From Promethearchaeota archaeon (GTDB lineage Archaea > Asgardarchaeota > Lokiarchaeia > Sigyniarchaeales > SOKP01): a DNA stretch of 32,000 bases. Made by a program: the position numbers and the translations under genes. The stretch lies in NCBI GenBank assembly GCA_030606485.1, contig JAUWGH010000003.1:240001-272000 (forward strand), given 5' to 3'. This document shows positions 18,286-25,474 of the stretch, in pieces. Below the pieces are notes generated by a model. That model was not told where the DNA came from, made no database searches, and was given only the letters and a program-made list of their open reading frames with translations. Position 1 is the stretch's first letter. Every line of letters starts with the position of its first letter.

Positions 18286-20806
18286 TTTTAATCTCCTCTG
18301 ATAATCTTTCATAAAAAGAATTTACAATCTCTGCAAATTTATTGCCCTCAACTGCACTTAATGATTTACGAATTATTCGATTTTCAGCAATAGGACCTAA
18401 AACTTCATTTAAAAGTTTAACTTTTTGTCTTACTTGATCCACACTATTTATATATCGGCAGGAATCTTTTCTGCAACCAATAATCATTACTCCATCAAAT
18501 CCTAATTTGAAAGATTTAAAAATTAAACTCGTATCTACCCGCCCTGTGCATGGAACTTTAATAATAAAGATGTTGGGATTATAGGAAAGTTTCTTTAAGC
18601 CAGCTTCATCGGCTGCACCATATCCGCAAGAACGACAGCAGAATGCGATTATTTTTGGTCGTAAATTGAATTTAGAAAATACCTCAATTGATTTCAGTAT
18701 CTTTTCAGTAGTATCAATGTTTAAGTCAAGTGCATTTGTGGGACAAACACTTACACACGTTCCGCATCCTTTACATTTGAATTTATCAATCGCAATTTTG
18801 TCTGCCTCAATTGTGATTGCATTGTAAGGACAAGATAAAATGCATAAACCACACAATCCGCAATTCTCTTCTTTGATTTCGATACCGCTAAATTCTGTAA
18901 TTAAATAATCATTTGATAACAATGAAATAATTTTAATAGCTACATCATTGGAAGATGAGATCACTGAATTATAATCTAATGGACCTTTAATTGAACCGAC
19001 ACCAAAAATACCTGATGCCAGCGTTTCCTCACTCATAAAACCATGATCGTCTAATGTAAAATCTAAAGTCTTTCGAAGTTCTTTTAAATCTTTATTTGGA
19101 ACAAAATTGACATTTAACACGATCATATCGGAGGGATACTGCTCTGAATCAGAAATAATTATTTTCTTATTTCCTTTCTCTATGATTTCAATATTTTCAT
19201 AATAATGAAATCTTTCATCAGATGGATCTAACATAAATCCAGTAGATTTCTTAATTTTATTTAAATCAAAAAATATGTTAATTTTACAATCAGGAAGTTG
19301 TGAATAAATAGATTCTAAATACTTTATGGCGAGAGTACCACAATATTCCGCTAAATAATCAAATGGGCCTAAACATTGAATTATTGAGATTGATTTCGGT
19401 GGTTTTCCATCAGATAATTTCAAAATTTTACCTTCCGTTGGACCATCCGCTGATAAGATACGTTCAAATTCCGGTGATATAATTACATCATTTTGTGGAT
19501 TATAGTTATAAGGTTTTAATTCAGAATAAAAATCCGCACCAATTGCAATTACTTTTGTTCCAACTCTAATCCTTATTTTTTCAAATTTCTGATCCAAATC
19601 AATCGCATTATTATTGCAAGCTCGCTCGCAAATTCTACATTGTCGGCAAGTTTCAATATCTTCTTGGTCAATCACTGGAGCATATGGATAAGATTGAACA
19701 TAAGGAATATAAATTAACTTCCTTGGTGTTAATCCAAATTCATATTGATTACTTTTTTCTATACTGCAAATTTCAATACATCTTTTACATCCAGTACATT
19801 TCTTTTCATCAACATATCGGGGTTTTTTAACCAAATCAATTGAAAAATTTCCTACTTCACCTGATACTTTTTCTATTTCAGTATTAGTTAAAATTTCGAT
19901 ATTTTTTTCTTTAACAACCTCACCTATCATTTCTGACATAAGACAAATTGAACAATCACCCATTCCATAAATTTTACTCCACCTGGCAATTTTACCTCCT
20001 AATGTTGGGGATTTTTCAATTAAATAAACCTTAATCCCAGCCCTTGCTAGACTTAATGCAAGTGTCATCCCTGCAATTCCGCCACCCAAAATAGCACAAC
20101 TTTTTTCAATCTTAACTGTTTTTACTTGAACATCTTTTTGTAATGCAACACGCTCAACTGCTGCTTCAACTAAAATTTGTGCTTTTTTTAACGCCAGAGT
20201 AGGTTCTTTTAGATGCACCCAGCAACATTGCTCTCTAATATTGGCAATTTCAATATTAACTTTATCAATAACTCCATCAAAAATTCTTTCAAATATATGC
20301 AAATGAGTTTTTGGAGAACACGCAGCAATAACAATCTTATTTAAATAATTATCTTTAGACCATTTAGTAATCTTTTCTAAATTTTTCTCTTGACAAAGAT
20401 TATCAAAAATCTTCACAGCAACTACATTGGGAATTCTTTTAATATAATTTTCAAGTGCATTAATACTTATAAGATTAGAAATTTCAGTATTGCATTTACA
20501 AATAATAACCCCCACTCGATTAATCTCACTACCAACCTTATCCAAATATTCAATATCCTCCCCTGCCAAAATTTTTTTATCAATATTCATTAAATTTATA
20601 ACTCGTTTTCCGTCCTCCGTGAGAAAATAGGATTTTTTATCTTTATTTATTAAAGTCCCAAGTTTTTTAAGGTGAAAGTTTAATTGCCCTGTAGTCTCTA
20701 AACCTAACCTATCCATCAAATCCGTGTAAGGAATATAACCTTCTTTATCAAGAAGTAATAAAACCCTCCTCCTAAATGGATGAGATAAAATTGAATATAT
20801 ATCCAT
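18275..20806 (-). CDS. hdrA: Fusion: ArsR-like winged-helix DNA-binding domain + HdrA-like flavoprotein + MvhD [2Fe-2S] domain
   Basis: aa 1-75: LSHPFRRRVLLLL...YTDLMDRLGLETTGQLNFHLKKL...YFLTEDG (wHTH). Then HdrA motifs RVGVIICKC, AACSPKTH, NIREQCCWVH, GGGIAG, DCSIC, inserted 2x[4Fe-4S], EFER..GPTEG and C-terminal 2x[4Fe-4S]. The last about 128 aa are MvhD (FCCRSCGY, VPCTGRVD, GCRKDSCRY). GGGAG SD-like site upstream. Confidence 0.88.
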   Translation of the reverse strand: MDIYSILSHPFRRRVLLLLDKEGYIPYTDLMDRLGLETTGQLNFHLKKLGTLINKDKKSYFLTEDGKRVINLMNIDKKILAGEDIEYLDKVGSEINRVGVIICKCNTEISNLISINALENYIKRIPNVVAVKIFDNLCQEKNLEKITKWSKDNYLNKIVIAACSPKTHLHIFERIFDGVIDKVNIEIANIREQCCWVHLKEPTLALKKAQILVEAAVERVALQKDVQVKTVKIEKSCAILGGGIAGMTLALSLARAGIKVYLIEKSPTLGGKIARWSKIYGMGDCSICLMSEMIGEVVKEKNIEILTNTEIEKVSGEVGNFSIDLVKKPRYVDEKKCTGCKRCIEICSIEKSNQYEFGLTPRKLIYIPYVQSYPYAPVIDQEDIETCRQCRICERACNNNAIDLDQKFEKIRIRVGTKVIAIGADFYSELKPYNYNPQNDVIISPEFERILSADGPTEGKILKLSDGKPPKSISIIQCLGPFDYLAEYCGTLAIKYLESIYSQLPDCKINIFFDLNKIKKSTGFMLDPSDERFHYYENIEIIEKGNKKIIISDSEQYPSDMIVLNVNFVPNKDLKELRKTLDFTLDDHGFMSEETLASGIFGVGSIKGPLDYNSVISSSNDVAIKIISLLSNDYLITEFSGIEIKEENCGLCGLCILSCPYNAITIEADKIAIDKFKCKGCGTCVSVCPTNALDLNIDTTEKILKSIEVFSKFNLRPKIIAFCCRSCGYGAADEAGLKKLSYNPNIFIIKVPCTGRVDTSLIFKSFKLGFDGVMIIGCRKDSCRYINSVDQVRQKVKLLNEVLGPIAENRIIRKSLSAVEGNKFAEIVNSFYERLSEEIKNET

Positions 20807-21162
20807 ATTTCTAATCTCCCTTTAATTATTTTTACCAATCATTATTTGGAAATTTATAATTCTTTGTTGAAAACCGAAAATAAATATTTTTAAAAAAAAT
20901 AATTATTATTTTCACTATGACAAATAAAGTTATCAAAAATAAAAATCTTACTGATCAAAAATCTTCAAAGTGTAATTATTCTCATTTTTAAACTGAAAAT
21001 AAAATTAGTTAAAAAAAAAAAAAGAAAATTAAAGTTATTAAAAAGACAATTTTTTTCTTTAAAACCACATAAAAATGAAAGAAAAAAAGATGTATTTCAA
21101 TTCTTTTTAGAAATAACTTGTCAAAATAAAGATAAGTTGATAAATCACTTATGATAATGAAA

Positions 21163-21187
21163 ATTGTCAATTTTATATTTTGACAAT
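21163..21187. promoter_or_regulatory. Inverted repeat ATTGTCAA-N9-TTGACAAT, candidate operator enclosing a TATA-like spacer
   Basis: Perfect 8-bp arms at 21163-21170 and 21180-21187 with spacer TTTTATATT, in the divergent intergenic region between the hydrogenase operon and the Mtd cluster. Confidence 0.5.
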
Positions 21188-21312
21188 ATTAGTTGTTAAA
21201 ATGGAGATAATTCTTTTTATCAAATTATTTTTATTATATTGTTAAGGTTAATTACTCGGTAAAAGAAAAAATAAAAAATAATTAAATAATTAAACAAAAG
21301 GTCCTTGATTAA

Positions 21313-21972
21313 ATGGAAGTTTTAGAAATCGAGCCGATAAAAAATAAAAAAATTTTTCTTTATATAATAGAGAAAGAAGATTATAAAATATCGCACGTAA
21401 AAGCAAAAATTTTCGAGGACTTTTTAAAAAATTATAAATTTGATTTTGCTACTATTGACTTATTGGGTAAAAATTTAAAACCATTAAATAATTCACCCAT
21501 AGCGAAATTTTTAGAAGATTTTTCAATCGAATTTATCGGTATTGACATTCCTGAATACGCAAAAGGTTATTTATTGGTAGAAATATCCGATAAAAAAGAA
21601 CAAATTAAGGAATTAGAATCAGAATATGAAAGTTTATCCAATGATCCCTCTGGAAAAGAATCATTTAAGGGGCAAAATCTAAAATCTTGGATTGATTTAT
21701 TAAAAGAGGAAGTTAATGATAAAGAACAATATATAAAATTAAAAGTTAAGCCTCAATGGATCGTTAAAAAAATATTGGACAGGGCAAGAACTTATAAGAA
21801 AAATTCCTTAATTATTTTACATTTAAGTCCAGAAGAATTAGTTCCTGAATTACAAAAATTGTTTCAGGAACTCAAAATAAATGTTATTATAAATGATTTT
21901 AGCACTGGAGTTTCAGATCGAACTTTTGATGCTAAGAATAAAGTAATAATTTCAAATCAAATCATAAAATAG
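21313..21972 (+). CDS. Hypothetical protein (domain copy A1; paralog of 24101..24733)
   Basis: Clear paralogy with A2 (FATIDL, IPEYAKGYL vs IPDYAKIYL, QNLKSWIDLLKEEV vs QNLNSWIHLLKSEV), and weaker similarity to the N-domains of the following genes. Confidence 0.8.
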   Translation: MEVLEIEPIKNKKIFLYIIEKEDYKISHVKAKIFEDFLKNYKFDFATIDLLGKNLKPLNNSPIAKFLEDFSIEFIGIDIPEYAKGYLLVEISDKKEQIKELESEYESLSNDPSGKESFKGQNLKSWIDLLKEEVNDKEQYIKLKVKPQWIVKKILDRARTYKKNSLIILHLSPEELVPELQKLFQELKINVIINDFSTGVSDRTFDAKNKVIISNQIIK

Positions 21973-21985
21973 GAGGTAAAAAAAA

Positions 21986-23668
21986 TTGCAAGTATTAGAA
22001 TTAAAACCTTTAAAAAATAAAAAATTAGAAATAATATTAATGGAAAGTGAGTTTCCAATTAGTTGGTGGTTGGAACCAACAAAAGAACAGCTGGAAGAAT
22101 CTTTAAATTTCAGTTTTATGTCAAAGGATTATCTCAAGCTTATTGAAGACATGTTGCGGAAATATCAACCTAATTTTGTAGCTGAAGAACGAGGGTTGCG
22201 TGAAAGTGATAAACTTCATTATGATGATGCTTTTATTGATTTATTTAGAGATTTTAAAATACTATATAAAATGGTAGATATTAATGAAAATGCTTTGGGG
22301 TATCTCGCTTCAACAATAGATAAAAATGCAGATCTTCTAAATGGAATAAAAGCAGAAATTAAAAAAATCAAAAAAAAGGGAGGTTTTCATCCTAATGATC
22401 ACTATTTCCAGCAATTAATTGTTTGGGAGGACTATTTACAGAGTGAATACAAAAATCAAGAGGAAGAAATAAGGTATAAGATCCGAGAAGCTTGGATGAT
22501 GATGGGGGTTCTTGACATAGCAAAAGAACAGAAAGAGAAAAACTTAAAATGTCTATTTATTTGTGATAAAAGGCATTTTGATGGTATTACAAGCCTTGCA
22601 GATGATCTGGGAATAGAAGTTCAAAAATTTGAAGTTAAGAAAAGTATTTTAAATATTGGGGATTTAGCGAAGCCAAATACGATAAAAGAGTTTATAAAGG
22701 TATCACTTATGGAAGTCGCCCCCATTAAAATAAAGAAAACAAGTTCCTTAGAGAAAATTGTGTATTTTCTTGATACAGACGAGCATGCCTCTCCCTTTGA
22801 TATTAATATGGCCTATGATGCAGGATTTGATGTAGTTATTCCTATTAACAATGTAAAAGCTGAACAAGTGCCACAACTCGTGCAAGATGCGATATTCTCG
22901 CGAAAGCCAAAAGCTCCGACCAGTTTTTTCATTGGTGGAGCGAATGTAAGGGAAGGCGAAAAAATTGCAAAAGAAGTTGTAAAGTCGTTGGTACCACCCT
23001 TCGAAGTCCCTGTGGTCATAGACCCGCGAGGGTCTCATACTACGGCTTCGGCAGTTGTTGCAAAAACTTTGGAAGCAGCAATGAAAAATGGGATAAATAA
23101 TATTTCTGGAAAAAAAGCGGTCATATTAGGAACTGGTCCTGTCGGGCGAATTGCAGCAATAATTGCGGCAAAACAAAATTGTGAAACAGTTTTAGTTGAG
23201 ACATGGGATAAGGGAAGTGAAAAAGCTGTAAAGCAGCTTGCAAAAGAATTAACTAAAGGGGCAGGAGAAGGTGCTTCTGAAATACTTGGAGAATTCGCAA
23301 TAACGGATGAGAAAAAATTTGAAATAATAAAAGATGCTGATATAATCTGGTCTTTAGCAGCTGCAGGAGTTCAAATCTTATCAGAAGAATTGATGAGTAA
23401 ATTACCAAAAAATAAAATCGTAATAGACATTAATTTAGTTCCGCCATACGGAATTGAAGGAATAAAACCAAAACACGATAATAAAGAAATATATCCAGGA
23501 ATTTTTGGAATTGGAGCATTAGGAATAGGTCATTTAAAATCTAATACGGAAAGTTCTATTCTTAAAGAAGCTACCAAAACCAAAGGAAAGAAAATATTCG
23601 ATTATAACATTGCTTTTGAAATTGCAAAAGAATTATTATTTGGTAAAGAGATTACAATATCTCGTTAA
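21986..23668 (+). CDS. Unknown N-domain fused to NAD(P)-dependent methylene-H4MPT dehydrogenase (MtdA/MtdB family), copy B1
   Basis: TTG start with GGAGGT SD. From about nt 22754: DTDEHASPFDINMAYDAG, LVQDAIFSR, FIGG, PPF, DPRGSHTTASA (Mtd N-domain), then Rossmann GTGPVG and DINLVPPYGIEG. Confidence 0.85.
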   Translation: MQVLELKPLKNKKLEIILMESEFPISWWLEPTKEQLEESLNFSFMSKDYLKLIEDMLRKYQPNFVAEERGLRESDKLHYDDAFIDLFRDFKILYKMVDINENALGYLASTIDKNADLLNGIKAEIKKIKKKGGFHPNDHYFQQLIVWEDYLQSEYKNQEEEIRYKIREAWMMMGVLDIAKEQKEKNLKCLFICDKRHFDGITSLADDLGIEVQKFEVKKSILNIGDLAKPNTIKEFIKVSLMEVAPIKIKKTSSLEKIVYFLDTDEHASPFDINMAYDAGFDVVIPINNVKAEQVPQLVQDAIFSRKPKAPTSFFIGGANVREGEKIAKEVVKSLVPPFEVPVVIDPRGSHTTASAVVAKTLEAAMKNGINNISGKKAVILGTGPVGRIAAIIAAKQNCETVLVETWDKGSEKAVKQLAKELTKGAGEGASEILGEFAITDEKKFEIIKDADIIWSLAAAGVQILSEELMSKLPKNKIVIDINLVPPYGIEGIKPKHDNKEIYPGIFGIGALGIGHLKSNTESSILKEATKTKGKKIFDYNIAFEIAKELLFGKEITISR

Positions 23669-23680
23669 ATTCAAAACTCA

Positions 23681-23710
23681 CTTCTTTTTTTTTATTTTTT
23701 TTTATTTTAT
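23681..23710 (+). terminator. T-rich tract downstream of copy B1
   Basis: CTTCTTTTTTTTTATTTTTTTTATTTTAT begins 13 nt after the stop codon. Confidence 0.5.
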
Positions 23711-24100
23711 GTTTAATTAATATAGAGCATATTTTAATTAATGATAAAAAAAGAATTGTATAGTTGATTATTTTAATTATCAATTTTATCAAACTTCTTT
23801 TGTTATATTTTTTTCATAGTAAGTTCTAAAAAAGAAAACTTTTTAATTTTTGACAATAAGTTTTGTTATTTTGATTAGTGCAGTTGTCTATTTTTTCAAA
23901 ATTTTTTTATCAAAATTTTTTCATAACTAATTCTAAAATAGAAATCTTTTAATTGATGATAAAAAAAATGGTCAAAATGATAAATTAATTAGTCAAATTT
24001 CTTAAAATCTTTCTTATCAAATACATTAAATGATTGGATTTAAATTAATTAAATAGAAAAAAAAAATTTCAGAATATAATAAAATTTGGAATGGGTAAAA

Positions 24101-24733
24101 ATGGAAGTATTAGATTTTAAAAAATTGGAAAATAATAAGAAGGTTTCTCTATATCTAATAGAAAAGGATAAAAAAGAATTATCTGACGCAGAACATGAAA
24201 ATTTATTGGCTCTCTTAAGAAAACAAAAATTCAATTTTGCTACGATTGATTTAAGCGATGATGATTTAAAAAAGATTTACCTGACTCCTTTAGCACAATT
24301 TTTTGATAATTTTGGGATACCATATTATTATGTTAATATCCCTGACTACGCTAAAATTTATTTATTAAATGAAATCTCAGAAAAAAAAGAACAAATTGAG
24401 GAATTACAAGGAGAATATGAGAAACTCTGTTCAGATCCTGCCGAGAAAGAGTCATTAAAGGCTCAAAATCTGAACTCATGGATACACCTCTTAAAAAGTG
24501 AAGTAAAAGACAAAGAAAATCATTTAGATTTAAAGCTAACACCTTTATGGATCACAAAAAAGGTATTAGATATAATTAAGATGATTAATGACGATGAGAT
24601 TAGTATTATTCATTTTACCCGTAAAGAATTGTTTTCTGAATTGAAAAAGTTATTTGAATCTCAAAATATCAAGGTTATTAATCTTGAGACAAGCAAAATT
24701 ATGAAAAAAAAATCAATTTTAATTTTAACTTAA
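24101..24733 (+). CDS. Hypothetical protein (domain copy A2)
   Basis: Paralog of 21313..21972. The ATG at 24101 (MEVLDF, cf. MEVLEI) is preferred over the TTG at 24086 in the ORF track. Confidence 0.8.
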   Translation: MEVLDFKKLENNKKVSLYLIEKDKKELSDAEHENLLALLRKQKFNFATIDLSDDDLKKIYLTPLAQFFDNFGIPYYYVNIPDYAKIYLLNEISEKKEQIEELQGEYEKLCSDPAEKESLKAQNLNSWIHLLKSEVKDKENHLDLKLTPLWITKKVLDIIKMINDDEISIIHFTRKELFSELKKLFESQNIKVINLETSKIMKKKSILILT

Positions 24734-24751
24734 ATAGGAGGTAAGTAAAAA

Positions 24752-25450
24752 ATGCAAGTATTAGAATTAGAAAGATTAAAAAATAAAACTCTTAAATTGT
24801 TATTAGTAGAGAGTGAATTTCCAATAGATTGGTCATTGGAAGCATCTTCAGAGGAAGAAGCTATTGCTGCAAAATTATTTATTATGTCTAAGAAATATTT
24901 GCAGTTTATTGAAGATATAGTAAAAAATCACAAGCCAGATTTTATAGTGGAAGAAAAAGGAATGCGCTCAAGTGATGATTTACAATATGATGATGCTTTA
25001 GTAGATTTATTCAGAGAATATAACATTCGATATAAAATGGTTGATATTTCCGAGAATGCTTTAGGTTATCTTGCTTCGACAATTGACAGAAATGTAGGTC
25101 TTTTAAAAGACTTTAGAGTAGAAATTGAAAATTTAAAAGAGAAGGGTGGTTTTCATCCTAATGATTTTAAACTTGAGCAATTAGTTGCCTGGAGGGATTA
25201 TTTACAGGGCGAATATTCTAATCAAGAAGATGAGATAAGATATGAAGTCCGTGAATCTTGGATGATGATGGGGATTCTTGATTTAGCAAGGAAGATTGAG
25301 AAAAAGCATTTAAAAGCAATATTTATCTGTGATAAAGAACATTTTGATGGAATAAAATCTCTAGCAGATGATTTAGGAATAAATATTGAAGTAATAAATG
25401 TAAATAAAATTTTAAAAAAAATAGAACAGCATTCGACACAAATTAATTAA
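24752..25450 (+). CDS. Stand-alone copy of the unknown N-domain (N2)
   Basis: GGAGGT SD. Aligns end-to-end with the first about 230 aa of B1 and B2 (ESEFPIDW, PDFIVEE, ENALGYL, GGFHPND, RESWMMMG, FICDKEHFDGI) and stops before the Mtd part. Confidence 0.82.
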   Translation: MQVLELERLKNKTLKLLLVESEFPIDWSLEASSEEEAIAAKLFIMSKKYLQFIEDIVKNHKPDFIVEEKGMRSSDDLQYDDALVDLFREYNIRYKMVDISENALGYLASTIDRNVGLLKDFRVEIENLKEKGGFHPNDFKLEQLVAWRDYLQGEYSNQEDEIRYEVRESWMMMGILDLARKIEKKHLKAIFICDKEHFDGIKSLADDLGINIEVINVNKILKKIEQHSTQIN

Positions 25451-25474
25451 AAAATAAGAGGTAATTTTTATAAA

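Noticed and set aside
18286-18312. Longer N-terminus (MKDYQRRLK) for the hydrogenase small subunit
   Set aside because: It lies inside the upstream gene. The ATG at 18285 has a GAGGAG SD and gives a normal family start.
23764-23783. TTGAT...ATCAA resembling an FNR box
   Set aside because: The spacer is 10 nt rather than 4, and no FNR/CRP regulator is evident. Counted only as part of the TTRTCAA enrichment.
24049-24100. TTG start at 24086 for A2 and the antisense ORF 24049..24234
   Set aside because: Paralog A1 aligns from the ATG at 24101; the antisense ORF has no support.
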